DNA from: a virus
Virus record (IMG/VR): IMGVR_UViG_3300045988_009838
Coordinates: 1 to 26,298 of that record
Reading direction: 5' to 3' (one strand)
DNA length: 26,298 nt
The notes under the pieces are model-generated. The model was not told where the DNA came from. It searched no databases and was given only the letters and a program-made list of their open reading frames with translations. The position numbers and the translations under genes are program-made. This document shows, piece by piece, positions 1 to 9,243 of the stretch. Each line of letters opens with the position of its first letter. Within the stretch, counting starts at the first letter, position 1.

Positions 1-404
1 CGGTTGGCGTTTTCAATGACGTTGGTCCCCTCGCGGTCCATTGTGTTATAGAGTTCTTGGGCTTGCTGTCTGGTCATGCCGTAGTCTCTGGCAAGGGCGT
101 TGACACTTGAGCCGTTCTGTTTGAATAGCGTAGAAACACCACCCAAAGATTGCTCAAGGTCTGCATAGCCTTTGATGACGGCAGTCAAACCTCCAACCAT
201 AGGCAGTGTAAAAGCTGTGGTCATTCCAGCGCCGACTGATTGCATGGCGCTACCAACTGACTTCAAACTGCTACCAACTTGAGCAAGCATGCCCCCAGAC
301 TGATTCTTCAAATCAGCAAGGGCAGACTTGGCAGCATTGACACCGTTGGTGAAGTCGCTTGAATTGGCACGCAATATGGCCGTAACGTCAAAAGATGCTC
401 CCAT
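1..404 (-). CDS. Tail tape measure protein, N-terminal fragment (ORF runs off the left edge)
   Basis: Own translation of the minus strand from ATG 404-402: MGASFDVTAILRANSSDFTNGVNAAKSALADLKNQSGGMLAQVGSSLKSVGSAMQSVGAGMTT..., open to base 1. The start overlaps the stop of the upstream chaperone ORF (TAATG). It occupies the canonical position after the major tail gene and chaperone pair. Confidence 0.7.
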   Translation of the reverse strand, partial: MGASFDVTAILRANSSDFTNGVNAAKSALADLKNQSGGMLAQVGSSLKSVGSAMQSVGAGMTTAFTLPMVGGLTAVIKGYADLEQSLGGVSTLFKQNGSSVNALARDYGMTRQQAQELYNTMDREGTNVIENAN

Positions 405-730
405 TAACTACCCCCTTTCATTTTTTGATTAATGATCCTATTCTTATCAGCTAACGAAAGCGCTCGACTTCTAGGCACAGTGTCCTCTGGTTTAAATATC
501 CTACTGAACTCTTTCTCATGATCATAAAACTCATTAAAGGTTCGGTAAGCTGAGCGAACACTCTTGCCCTTGCCTTTGGTAGCCTGCACGGTCTGGTTAT
601 ACCATGCTTGAATTGCTGCGTTAAAGCGGATATCCTCTTGTTTAATTGCGTAGGCAGTATTGTATACCTCAAATTCAACAAGAGTTGTCCTAGCGGCTTC
701 TGTGTAGCTCATGCCGTGCCTTGCAATCAA
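404..730 (-). CDS. Tail assembly chaperone, distal (-1 frame) segment of a gpG/gpGT-like pair
   Basis: 108-aa track ORF listed from a TTG with no RBS of its own. Its frame stays open upstream to 832 and overlaps the end of 781..1122 in the -1 frame. It lies between the major tail and tape measure genes. Confidence 0.6.
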   Translation of the reverse strand: MIARHGMSYTEAARTTLVEFEVYNTAYAIKQEDIRFNAAIQAWYNQTVQATKGKGKSVRSAYRTFNEFYDHEKEFSRIFKPEDTVPRSRALSLADKNRIINQKMKGGS

Positions 731-780
731 TAAAGCAATTGCGTCATCGTAGCTGAAATCATAATCTGGTTGATGTTGCC

Positions 781-1122
781 CTACTCTTGAACGTTCATTG
801 CGAGTTTGAGTAGGGATGACGCTTTTAACTCGTCAATAATAGAGCCGATTGTCTCTTTGTATTTACCTTTGTCAATCAAATCAGCAAGATAGGCTTCAAT
901 GTCAGCGTCACTTGGCTTTTGTGGTGCTGTAATCGTACCAGCTTTGATGATATCCACAAATGCCAACGGGTCGTTGATAGCGACACCGGCTGAAATCAAT
1001 GTCATAGCACCGTAACCAGTCTTCATGCCCTCAAGTTCTGCTGAGTGCAATTTGTTGATTTCACGCAAGAACGCAAGTCCGAATTTCAATTCAAAGTCTC
1101 GTCCGTTGATAGATAGAATCAT
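781..1122 (-). CDS. Tail assembly chaperone (gpG-like)
   Basis: 113-aa ORF directly downstream of the major tail gene; RBS AAAGGAGAAATAAAAC before the ATG; synteny. Confidence 0.7.
   Translation of the reverse strand: MILSINGRDFELKFGLAFLREINKLHSAELEGMKTGYGAMTLISAGVAINDPLAFVDIIKAGTITAPQKPSDADIEAYLADLIDKGKYKETIGSIIDELKASSLLKLAMNVQE
822..828 (-). other. Candidate -1 programmed ribosomal frameshift site (TTAAAAG, zero frame TTA AAA G)
   Basis: This A-rich slippery run lies in the 52-nt overlap between the 781..1122 frame and the -1 frame that continues into 404..730. A -1 slip on AAA joins ...IIDELK to SVIPTQTRNERSRVGQHQPDYDFSYDDAIALLIARHG... Confidence 0.4.
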
Positions 1123-1141
1123 GTTTTATTTCTCCTTTATA

Positions 1142-1170
1142 CAAAAAAAGCAAGGGCACAAAGCCCCTGC
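1142..1170 (-). terminator. Intrinsic terminator/attenuator after the major tail protein gene
   Basis: Minus strand reads GCAGGGGC-TTTGT-GCCCTTGC (8-bp stem with one G-U) followed by TTTTTTTG, 8 nt after the stop of 1178..1720. Confidence 0.7.
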
Positions 1171-1177
1171 AGTTAGA

Positions 1178-1720
1178 CTAGATAGATGCCGTTAGGCCGT
1201 CTTCTTTAGCAAGAGTGTGGTAGTCGTATTGAGCGCTTGCGACTGCTTTCTTCTGAGCTTCTGTCAAGCTGTCAGTTGAAATAATACCGTTACCATCAAT
1301 AGCCATTTCATAAGAAAGCTCCACTTTGTCATCAGCGGGTGCTGAAATTTCAAAGTTCTTAAGATAACCTTGGTAATATTCAATGTCATAGACTTCTTTA
1401 GCTCCAGACATGCGTTTTGAAGCAAGGTCAGCTTGCCAGCACTCTACTTTGTCGCCTGCGATGAACCATTTACGCATTTCACGCCACATCTCAGTAGTAG
1501 TGCCATCTTCACGATAGGCAAGTGATACGAATTCCCCAGACACTTCGCCGTCGGAAATCGAGTTAACCACACCATCTTTAGTCTTGATAGTTTCGACCTC
1601 TTTCTCAGCGTTGATTTTGTGTTCTGTTTGAAAACGCACTTTAGCAGCGTCTTGTGTCTTTTGGTCTTTAACGCGACGGAAGAAGACTATTAGGTCTTTC
1701 CCCAAAATAAGTTCTGCCAT
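1178..1720 (-). CDS. Major tail protein
   Basis: 180-aa ORF with RBS; position between the connector genes and the chaperone pair; followed by a terminator as is typical for highly expressed tail tube genes. Confidence 0.75.
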   Translation of the reverse strand: MAELILGKDLIVFFRRVKDQKTQDAAKVRFQTEHKINAEKEVETIKTKDGVVNSISDGEVSGEFVSLAYREDGTTTEMWREMRKWFIAGDKVECWQADLASKRMSGAKEVYDIEYYQGYLKNFEISAPADDKVELSYEMAIDGNGIISTDSLTEAQKKAVASAQYDYHTLAKEDGLTASI

Positions 1721-2101
1721 TTATTCCTCCTTTTTGGTATATGAAAATGAAAAATCCAGCACAATGTGGATCAATGGCTGGGCGTCTGTATTGTCTGGTA
1801 AGACTTGCTTGTCTGTACCAGTCTTCAATAAGTTGTATTCAAACCCTCTAATTCTTTCGCTAACTTGTTCTAACGCTTGACAGTGGGCGTCTAGCTCTGC
1901 ACGCTGCACTCTAGTCCCGTAGATATGGACGGTTTGTCTTATCGTTCCAAAATTGTCGTTATTGAGTGTAGGCGCTGAGCTATTCTCACCAACGAAAGCG
2001 AAAGGATAGCTTGCGGATGAATCGGGTAAGTAGTCGTAAGTTGCTAGCGTCTCACTAGCAATAGCAAATAGATTTCTGAATAAGTCGTGGCTAGGTGTCA
2101 T
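1721..2101 (-). CDS. Tail completion / head-tail joining protein (family not recognised)
   Basis: 126-aa ORF, translationally coupled on both sides (start overlaps the upstream stop); synteny only. Confidence 0.5.
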   Translation of the reverse strand: MTPSHDLFRNLFAIASETLATYDYLPDSSASYPFAFVGENSSAPTLNNDNFGTIRQTVHIYGTRVQRAELDAHCQALEQVSERIRGFEYNLLKTGTDKQVLPDNTDAQPLIHIVLDFSFSYTKKEE

Positions 2102-2451
2102 TTAAAGGCTCCTTCCATAACTTTACGGATTTGGTCTGTGAAATAAGGCTCGATTTGCTGCATCATAGGACGCATAAACGGCTTACCGGGCTGATAGCGT
2201 GTCCCAAACTCTTGAAACCCGCTATAAGACGCCGCTGAATGAATGTGCGATTCTTCGCCCATGTGCCTAGTGGTGATATTGGCTCTCAAGAAGCCGGTAT
2301 CAACTGGCGCAAGCCCTTTTGAAATGCTCTTGCCTTTCTCAGCTGAGTTTTTAAGAGCTGTTTGGGCTTGTGTCCTAACCCCTTGGCTTGCCTTATTCAA
2401 AGCAGCAGCGAGGACTGTGTCCCCTCTCCACTCGATTGTGAAATTAGCCAT
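2098..2451 (-). CDS. HK97 gp10-like head-tail joining protein
   Basis: 117-aa ORF; the MANFTIEW...GFLRANI...YSGFQEFGT...GKPFMRP pattern resembles the HK97 gp10 family; synteny. Confidence 0.6.
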   Translation of the reverse strand: MANFTIEWRGDTVLAAALNKASQGVRTQAQTALKNSAEKGKSISKGLAPVDTGFLRANITTRHMGEESHIHSAASYSGFQEFGTRYQPGKPFMRPMMQQIEPYFTDQIRKVMEGAFK

Positions 2452-2752
2452 TCAGCTCACCTCTTTTCAATCTGATTGCGCCCTTAATCGGTGCGTCAAT
2501 CTGTTCGATAGGGTAATACTTCTTGCCCTCATATAGAGCGTAGTCAAATGGCTTCTGCTCTTGACTGAATCGGCATATCATGACAACGTCGGACCTACTC
2601 CCATAGGCTTCAAATACACGCTGCTGGTCAACAAAATTGACTAAACAAGGCACAATCTTACTAGACTGTGCCTTTTCTTCGTGCTTATCAGTAATCGGAT
2701 TGTAAGTCGAAACGCCCTGTTTCACTAGCTTTATGCGGTGCGGTGTTTTCAT
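2444..2752 (-). CDS. Head closure / head-tail adaptor protein
   Basis: 102-aa ORF with 4- to 8-nt overlaps to its neighbours; position downstream of the gp6-like connector gene. Confidence 0.55.
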   Translation of the reverse strand: MKTPHRIKLVKQGVSTYNPITDKHEEKAQSSKIVPCLVNFVDQQRVFEAYGSRSDVVMICRFSQEQKPFDYALYEGKKYYPIEQIDAPIKGAIRLKRGELNG

Positions 2753-3096
2753 AGAAACTTCACCTTACCTTTTCGAGCTAATGAGCCGTCCAGACCGAAA
2801 TCTTTATCCAGTATCTTTCTATAAGGCTTGAACATGTCGTCCCAATCCTCGTAAGTGACTGAATAGCCGTCTACGTTCTCGGTTTTAACACCCTCTGAGC
2901 CCTTACGACCATAGAGCTTGTAAACAACATTTTCGATGATGAAGTGATATTTCTTGTCAATCTCGGCTGTTCCAACTAGTGCTTTGAAATAGCTCTCAGC
3001 GTCGTTGACTAAGTCTTCAATCAATTGATCCTCAAGTTTGTCTTCAACGTCGATACCCAACCGACGCTTAATCTTCTCAAGTTGGATATCGTTCAT
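2749..3096 (-). CDS. gp6-like head-tail connector (DNA packaging) protein
   Basis: The track ORF 2749..3114 is trimmed to the ATG at 3096, which is preceded by GGAGGAGGTCTGAA. The upstream ORF stops at 3098. N-terminus is MNDIQLEKIKRRLGI..., typical of this family. Confidence 0.6.
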   Translation of the reverse strand: MNDIQLEKIKRRLGIDVEDKLEDQLIEDLVNDAESYFKALVGTAEIDKKYHFIIENVVYKLYGRKGSEGVKTENVDGYSVTYEDWDDMFKPYRKILDKDFGLDGSLARKGKVKFL

Positions 3097-3097
3097 T

Positions 3098-3370
3098 TCA
3101 GACCTCCTCCGCATCTTTTAGAAGTTCTTCTAAATCTGCTTTTTTCGCTTTGGCATCATACTCGATACCATCTTCATCAAGTTTTGCTTTGAGCTCTTTG
3201 ACTGTAAGCTCTTTTGACGGCTCGACTGGTTCGATACCGCCTTTTTCAAGAACTTCTGCCACACGCTCTTTAGAAGGCTCGTAGCCTTCTCGTGGGTAAA
3301 CTTCCCCGACTTGATAGATATACTCGTTATCTTGCAAGTCACGGAATGTAATCTTAGCTTTATAGGTCAT
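3098..3370 (-). CDS. Small head-associated protein with C-terminal HeH/SAP-like motif
   Basis: 90-aa ORF just after the capsid gene; the C-terminus LTVKELKAKLDEDGIEYDAKAKKADLEELL looks like a helix-extension-helix motif. Confidence 0.5.
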   Translation of the reverse strand: MTYKAKITFRDLQDNEYIYQVGEVYPREGYEPSKERVAEVLEKGGIEPVEPSKELTVKELKAKLDEDGIEYDAKAKKADLEELLKDAEEV

Positions 3371-3383
3371 TTAAACCTCCCGA

Positions 3384-4316
3384 CTAGACTCCTACTGGTT
3401 GGATAGCTGCAAATGCTTCATCATTCGGAATCGCTACGGCAATTTCAAAGATTGCACGGAGTGCTTGCATGTCTTGTTCGAACAAGTGAACATCACCAGA
3501 ATCAAGTGTGCCATCGTTTTGAACTTTAGACAAAGTAGCTTGATCTGCGATTTTAAGACGCAAGTTAGTACCGTTTGGAATACCGTACACCAAACCGTTG
3601 AAGTTACCAGTAATCAATGTACCTGCCGGATAAGTTTGCCCGTCTTGCAATTGAAGTTGTGAATATGGAAGACCATCAAGCTCACCGATTGCGTTAGGGT
3701 TAGCTGGTTTAGTGAAGATGTGTTGACCACCGTTCACATTGTCAACGATTCCACGGAGTGTGCGGTTGATTGTGCGGTGTCCTACAAATGCGTTAGGTTC
3801 TTTTTCCGACTTGTCCTCAACGTCATAGATGTTATTGAGGTTGATGTCCCCAGATACAATGTTTTGAGCACGTTTAGCAGACGCCAAAACGTTAGCACCG
3901 AATGGATTGTTATACAAACCAAGGAATGCTGCCCCGTCAATTTTCTTGTTAAACAAATCGACAATCTTGTCCTTGATTGATTCGAAGTAATCAGTCCAAG
4001 TGTAGTTGAGGACTTCTTCTGTAACTGGCAAGATAACTGACAATTTACGAGATTCAAGAACGTAAGATTTAGTTTGTACTTTTGCAGTACCGATTTTTTG
4101 ACCTTCACCTACGAAATAAGCGTCTGTCAATTGACCAACTTCTACGCCTTTACGAACCATTTTGCCGTCCATTTCAACTTTTTGACCAAGCTGAATGACT
4201 CTTGAAGTTTTTACAAGTTCGTCAGTGAATAGATCAGTGATGTATTCTGATGTAATCTCTTTACCAAGAGAATCAGACAAAAGGACTGTGTCCGGATTGA
4301 ATTTTTGTTGAGCCAT
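3384..4316 (-). CDS. Major capsid protein
   Basis: 310-aa ORF following the scaffold gene; size and position; RBS AAAGAAAGGAGAGCGC before the ATG. Confidence 0.8.
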   Translation of the reverse strand: MAQQKFNPDTVLLSDSLGKEITSEYITDLFTDELVKTSRVIQLGQKVEMDGKMVRKGVEVGQLTDAYFVGEGQKIGTAKVQTKSYVLESRKLSVILPVTEEVLNYTWTDYFESIKDKIVDLFNKKIDGAAFLGLYNNPFGANVLASAKRAQNIVSGDINLNNIYDVEDKSEKEPNAFVGHRTINRTLRGIVDNVNGGQHIFTKPANPNAIGELDGLPYSQLQLQDGQTYPAGTLITGNFNGLVYGIPNGTNLRLKIADQATLSKVQNDGTLDSGDVHLFEQDMQALRAIFEIAVAIPNDEAFAAIQPVGV

Positions 4317-4334
4317 GCGCTCTCCTTTCTTTGA

Positions 4335-4886
4335 TTAGAAATTAGTGATTTTGGCTTTATCAAACTTGTCTTTTCCACGGTGAGAACGCCCTTCCTCTCC
4401 ACCGCTTGTGCGAGGTGGTAGAGCTTTGGCTTCCTCTCGTTTCTGCAAGTTTAAGATATTAGCCATGTTTGAAACAGCTAGCTTAGTAGCTTCTTCATCG
4501 CCTTTAACAACAAACGCGAGCGTTGACTCATTGACAGGCACGCCTTGAGCTTCGAGCTCTTTAATAGCGATGTCCTGCATTTGACGTTGAGCGATTTGGG
4601 CTTGAAGTGCTGCAATTGTGCTCTGGGCTTCTTCGAATTCTTTATCCCGCTGTTTCTGTTGCAGCTCTTGAAGTTCTTCTTCACTCATTTTAGCTTTAGC
4701 AACGGCTTCCTCGATTTGAGATTGAATACCGGTTTGCATATCAGCAATTTCAAGAGTATGTTTCTCTTCCATCTGTTTGAGTCTACGCTGCATTTCAGCA
4801 ACTGACACCATCTTCTCCTCTTTTTCTGGTTGGCTAGCTTCAACCTCTTGAGGATCCTCAACTGTTTCAAGTTCTTTTTCTGCCAT
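4335..4886 (-). CDS. Scaffolding protein
   Basis: 183 aa, strongly acidic and coiled-coil-like (E/Q/K rich), immediately upstream of the capsid gene. Confidence 0.7.
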   Translation of the reverse strand: MAEKELETVEDPQEVEASQPEKEEKMVSVAEMQRRLKQMEEKHTLEIADMQTGIQSQIEEAVAKAKMSEEELQELQQKQRDKEFEEAQSTIAALQAQIAQRQMQDIAIKELEAQGVPVNESTLAFVVKGDEEATKLAVSNMANILNLQKREEAKALPPRTSGGEEGRSHRGKDKFDKAKITNF

Positions 4887-4972
4887 GATAGGCTCCTTTC
4901 TTTACGCTTTTACGAGCAACCCCCTCGAACTCATGCAGCTTTTAACGTCCTCAGCACGGTCTGGACAAAGGG

Positions 4973-5938
4973 TTATTCACCCCAAACACCGTTAACAGCT
5001 TCTTCATCAAGAGTGCTGCCACCAGCTTTATATTCCATTTTGATGTGGCCATACGCTGAACAGCGACAGTTAGGGTGCATTGGGTACATGTTAACCCCTT
5101 TCTCTGCCTTGTTAATTGGTATGGCTTTTCTATCTAGGGGCTTACAGATATCGCAAGCTCCACTTTCAGCAACATAGATTAAATGCGTGAAGTCATTCTC
5201 TTTCAGTATCATCAATTCTGTATCAGCATTAATGCGAGCTATTTCGGTCTTGAGCAATCGCTGGGCGTTGGCTTGGCTTGTGTTATATTTCTTAGCTAAT
5301 CGCTGCCGTTCCTGCTTAAAACCGTCCATGTCGGTGAAGATACGTGCTAACGAGCTAAACACATCCTTCTGCATGTTTCCATGAAGTCCATTCCTGCCCC
5401 AAACTCTGCAACTAAAATTCTGCCCGTAGAAATCAGCGTCTAAAATTGCTCTCATACGACTTACCGCATTGACAGCAGAATTGCCCAGAATACCCGCTTG
5501 GCGCTTAAATTCAGCTAAGTATTCACTCTCACGCGCCTCGTCGAAGACTTCGTTAACGTCTGATATAAGACTAGCTATTTCAAGCCTTAATTCTGCTTTG
5601 AGTAGCTCCAACCGACTGACTTTCATTTTTAAGTTAAACATTCTTAGCCATTGGTTAGTGCCGTGTGAGAAATCCTTCTCGACTACTGCCTTTCTTGCTC
5701 GGTCTCTATACTCAGTGACATCGAACTCATTAGCTCGCTTCATAGCTTCGGCACGGCTTAGCCCCTCTTTGTCAGCGTAGCGCATGTAAAAGCCGTTTAT
5801 TTGGCTCTGCATACGGTTATATGACGCTTGATAAAGCTCTTTTAAGACCTTGTCACGCTCTATGTCACGCTTGATTAGGTCTGATTGCGCTTTTCTCTCG
5901 GCATTGTAGCGTTCATTATTCGTCATCATCCTCAACAC
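4973..5938 (-). CDS. Minor head protein, MuF / SPP1 gp7 family
   Basis: 321 aa directly after the portal gene; C-terminal CDIC...HPNCRCS cysteine motif typical of MuF-like head morphogenesis proteins. The true start may be one of the ATGs 9-12 nt downstream of 5938. Confidence 0.75.
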   Translation of the reverse strand: MLRMMTNNERYNAERKAQSDLIKRDIERDKVLKELYQASYNRMQSQINGFYMRYADKEGLSRAEAMKRANEFDVTEYRDRARKAVVEKDFSHGTNQWLRMFNLKMKVSRLELLKAELRLEIASLISDVNEVFDEARESEYLAEFKRQAGILGNSAVNAVSRMRAILDADFYGQNFSCRVWGRNGLHGNMQKDVFSSLARIFTDMDGFKQERQRLAKKYNTSQANAQRLLKTEIARINADTELMILKENDFTHLIYVAESGACDICKPLDRKAIPINKAEKGVNMYPMHPNCRCSAYGHIKMEYKAGGSTLDEEAVNGVWGE

Positions 5939-7415
5939 CTACAATCTGACTAACTTCTAGATCAGTAGCCCCGCCCTCTTTGAGCAAACGGCTCTTTTCT
6001 TTGCGAGCGTCTGTGAAGCTAGCTGATTCCATAAGCGTCTCTTGTGAGATTTCCATGCCGGAATTGATAGCAGATTGAATCTCAGCCCATACATCCGTTG
6101 GCAGGTTCTCATGGAACGTAAATGTCAGCATGTCAGCGTCCACTGGTTCGATACCTTTGAGATTGTTAGATAGCAACTCAAGCAGCTTATAGCGTCGTCT
6201 GAGCGCCTTGACAAAGAACCCACGCTTAACGGCTGTAACTTGCTGCAAATCAACTAGCTTGTAGCGGATAGCGATCCCAGACGTAGCTGAGAAAGTCGAA
6301 TCGTCTTGCAAGTTAGGCAATCCAACAATGCGGAAGAAGTCTTTAATCAAACGTGATTTATACGCTTCGACACCGCTGACATCATATTGTTTGTAGATAT
6401 AGCCGGCATCTAGTGACGTTTGCTGCCCGTTGTGTCCGACACCACTCTCAAGTACTAGCATGTTAGCGTGCTTCATTTTCATGATGTCAGACGCATTCAT
6501 GCCAGTACTTTCGACATCACCCTTGATAACCAGCATGGCATCGTTAAGGTCTGACATGTAGTTAGCTGTGTCCGACTCTGCTGCGTCGTAAGCGTCAATG
6601 ATTGGAATCCCTTTCTCCCAATCTCCCGAACGCTCTCGGTTATTCTGCCATTCAACTACCGGCACCATTCCGAACGGGTTTTCTTTACGCTCGATTTCCT
6701 GCCAGTTTGGATCATAGCTGACAATCTTGCTATCAGTGTAGACCGTGACAAACATTTCACCGTTGTACACTGGGCAATGAACAGCCGCAATGATATCTTT
6801 TCGGACGTCTGCGCTACGGATTGTGAACATCTCCCTTGCATCAATCAAGACCACTGCTGGATTGCCAAACTCATCATAATAATGCAGCTCAAACGCTCGC
6901 CCAAAACGTGAAGCGTCATAGACTAACTCACGGTTAAGAGCTTCAATGTCGTTGTAAGCGTTGAAGTCATCAATAGCCGTCAAGTCGCTGTCAGTGTCAG
7001 TAGCACCAATTGAAATAGGTTGACCCACCGTATAACCAGTGAAGAAGCGGCTAGCTTGTCCGCCCAGATCATGCCTAATACGGTAGTCAGCTTTCTCTGG
7101 CTCTAGTCGTTTACGACCATTTAGAATGGTGTAGTTGTTCCCGTTTGAGTAGCTCTCTAGGATATTCAAGCGGTCTATCTGTCCATCTTGGAACTGAGCT
7201 ACCATCTTCTCTAACTTCTCTCGTCCTTGAAACGTGTCCACTAGGTCGTCAGCTGATTGAGCCATGAAGTGGGTGTTAGCTTCTTTCGGAAAACGAAGGA
7301 AGTCTTCACGTTTCTGCAAGCTAGTCGGTTCCATGTCTCGCTCAAATTGGTATGATCTAGGAATGTACTGTCCTTCATGTAAAATGTCGTCAGCACTATG
7401 TGTTGTGTTCGTCAT
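5916..7415 (-). CDS. Portal protein (SPP1 gp6-like)
   Basis: 499-aa ORF directly after terL (1-nt gap), followed by the MuF-like gene. Confidence 0.85.
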   Translation of the reverse strand: MTNTTHSADDILHEGQYIPRSYQFERDMEPTSLQKREDFLRFPKEANTHFMAQSADDLVDTFQGREKLEKMVAQFQDGQIDRLNILESYSNGNNYTILNGRKRLEPEKADYRIRHDLGGQASRFFTGYTVGQPISIGATDTDSDLTAIDDFNAYNDIEALNRELVYDASRFGRAFELHYYDEFGNPAVVLIDAREMFTIRSADVRKDIIAAVHCPVYNGEMFVTVYTDSKIVSYDPNWQEIERKENPFGMVPVVEWQNNRERSGDWEKGIPIIDAYDAAESDTANYMSDLNDAMLVIKGDVESTGMNASDIMKMKHANMLVLESGVGHNGQQTSLDAGYIYKQYDVSGVEAYKSRLIKDFFRIVGLPNLQDDSTFSATSGIAIRYKLVDLQQVTAVKRGFFVKALRRRYKLLELLSNNLKGIEPVDADMLTFTFHENLPTDVWAEIQSAINSGMEISQETLMESASFTDARKEKSRLLKEGGATDLEVSQIVGVEDDDE

Positions 7416-7416
7416 T

Positions 7417-8697
7417 CTATCTCCTTATCAGTTTGTTAACCCGTCTAATCTTAGCGTCTACATCCTGCCTATCCTTGACGAAAATAAGGTTTTGCAGTGC
7501 GTACCTAATAGCGTCGATACAGTGGTTATAGCTATCGCATGGCTTGTTGATGTACTCGTTTGTATACTTGTCCTTCTGCCATGTATAGTTCTCAAGCTCC
7601 TCAATCGTCTTGACACATCTTTCATCGACAATGATGTCGAACTGTTGCAAAAATTGAATCCCTTGTAGAACTGAGCCTTTGCCCTTGTCTACCGGAATAG
7701 CTCGACGCAAGCCCAGTGTTTGCAGTTCAGCAATAGATTTCTGCTCTGCTGAGTCGGCCATAATCACCTCTTTTGAATAACCAAGGCTAGTAATAGCTTC
7801 TGCTATCTGGTTGTTAAGCAAGCCCTTCTTGACATATTCCTCTAGGATATATAACCGCTTATTCTCTCGGTCTATTTTGACGTGCATAAACGCCGTGGGG
7901 TCGTTTGTGAATCCGAAGTCAAGACCAAAAAAGGACGGTAGCTGTTTAAGCTCGTCCTTATTGAGTAATCTCTTTTCATACTTCGGAAATACTAGCTTGT
8001 CAAGAGTGGCAAACTCACCCAAAGCATAGATTTTGTAGTAGGCTTCGTTTCTGTTGGCTAGTTCCTCGATATTCTCCTTGGTCAAGTCATCCAGAAAGCG
8101 ATTATCCTTGTACGTCGTTTGATAAACCACTGTATTCTTAGGGCTCTTCACAAAGAATGCGTTATATACCCAGTTGGCCTTAGACACTGGGTTAAACATC
8201 AAATAGATTTGTTTCTGCTTGTGAGCCTTATCCCTCAAGCGAAGTGTTAACTGCGTGTAATCATCAAGCGTAAACTCTGACGCTTCTTCCATGACCACGT
8301 CTGAAATGCCTTTGATTGACTTGATTTTCTCTGGGTTATCCATCCCTTTAAAAATCAGTTCAACTCCGTTTGGTAATTCAATACGGAATGCGCTCATGTT
8401 AACCTTGCATAGATTAAGCACACCGAAATAGGACAAGGCTGCTTGCACATCCGCAAACACCGAGTCACGAACCGTAGAGCCTACTTTTCGCAATATCAAT
8501 ATTTTTCGGGGTTTATCCCACTTTTTAAGAGCCTTGAGGACTATTTTTTGGAAGACGCCGTGACTCTTACCGCTAGATGCTCCGCCGTAGTGTACCTCGG
8601 TGAATGTGTCATAATCAAATAGATGTTCATAGATATGCCGATTAAACACCTTGCTTGGATTGATTTCAAGATTAATCGTCATTCCATTCACCGACAT
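7417..8697 (-). CDS. terL: Terminase large subunit
   Basis: 426 aa; Walker A-like GGASSGKSH near the N-terminus; nuclease-type acidic C-terminal half; preceded by terS with an overlapping start. Confidence 0.9.
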   Translation of the reverse strand: MSVNGMTINLEINPSKVFNRHIYEHLFDYDTFTEVHYGGASSGKSHGVFQKIVLKALKKWDKPRKILILRKVGSTVRDSVFADVQAALSYFGVLNLCKVNMSAFRIELPNGVELIFKGMDNPEKIKSIKGISDVVMEEASEFTLDDYTQLTLRLRDKAHKQKQIYLMFNPVSKANWVYNAFFVKSPKNTVVYQTTYKDNRFLDDLTKENIEELANRNEAYYKIYALGEFATLDKLVFPKYEKRLLNKDELKQLPSFFGLDFGFTNDPTAFMHVKIDRENKRLYILEEYVKKGLLNNQIAEAITSLGYSKEVIMADSAEQKSIAELQTLGLRRAIPVDKGKGSVLQGIQFLQQFDIIVDERCVKTIEELENYTWQKDKYTNEYINKPCDSYNHCIDAIRYALQNLIFVKDRQDVDAKIRRVNKLIRR

Positions 8698-9115
8698 TAA
8701 TATTGATATTTTGCGTTACATCAGCTTCGACCTTATCTGTCCACATCCTATAGCGCTTACCGATATCAACTGCCGCAGCCCGACGAGTAGCTACATTCGG
8801 TTTAGCTTGAGCAATGCGTTGCATACCCTCACCATCCAGGACAAGCAAGGGTTCTTCAACCTCACCACGCATGACGGCAGTGAGAAATTCCATGACCTCT
8901 TGTTGATCCGCAACACGTTCCGATTTTAATTGTTCCAGTCGTTCGTCTATATAAGCCTTGACCTCAGTATTTCTTAGTAGCTTACTACCATTGACTTCTG
9001 CCGTCCTTATCTTCTTAATACTAGGATAAGCCTTTTTGTACGCCTGCGTAGCGTTTAGGCTGATGATGTACTCATCGGCAAACTTTATTTGTTTTTCAGT
9101 CATCCCACTTTTCAT
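8672..9115 (-). CDS. terS: Terminase small subunit
   Basis: The track ORF 8672..9214 (GTG-initiated) is trimmed to the ATG at 9115 (or 9103) next to RBS AAAGGAG at 9119-9125. MTEKQIKFADEYIISLNATQAYKKAY is a typical terS N-terminal HTH. Confidence 0.7.
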   Translation of the reverse strand: MKSGMTEKQIKFADEYIISLNATQAYKKAYPSIKKIRTAEVNGSKLLRNTEVKAYIDERLEQLKSERVADQQEVMEFLTAVMRGEVEEPLLVLDGEGMQRIAQAKPNVATRRAAAVDIGKRYRMWTDKVEADVTQNININVGEWNDD

Positions 9116-9133
9116 CAACTCCTTTCTGATACT

Positions 9134-9164
9134 GAAAAAGACAACCCACAAAGTGAGCTGTCTC
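9134..9164 (-). terminator. Hairpin plus U-tract in the leader immediately upstream of the terS RBS
   Basis: Minus strand reads GAGACAGCTCAC-TTT-GTGGGTTGTCTT (12 bp, 3 of them G-U, so it folds only in the minus-sense RNA) followed by TTTTC. It ends 8 nt before the terS RBS. Confidence 0.5.
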
Positions 9165-9243
9165 TGATTTTCTTCGATAATATAATAATACCACTTTAAA
9201 CAGTTGTTAGACACCGTGAATTAACCGTCAAAATACCGTTATT

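Noticed and set aside
1186-1200. TGCCGTTAGGC match to the 20751 motif family
   Set aside because: It is a single 11-mer inside the 3' coding end of the major tail gene with no partner or flanking similarity. It is treated as coincidence.
4973-5938. MuF-type polymorphic toxin (C-terminal toxin domain plus immunity gene)
   Set aside because: The protein is only 321 aa and ends shortly after the conserved Cys motif. There is no extra C-terminal domain and no small immunity-like ORF following it.
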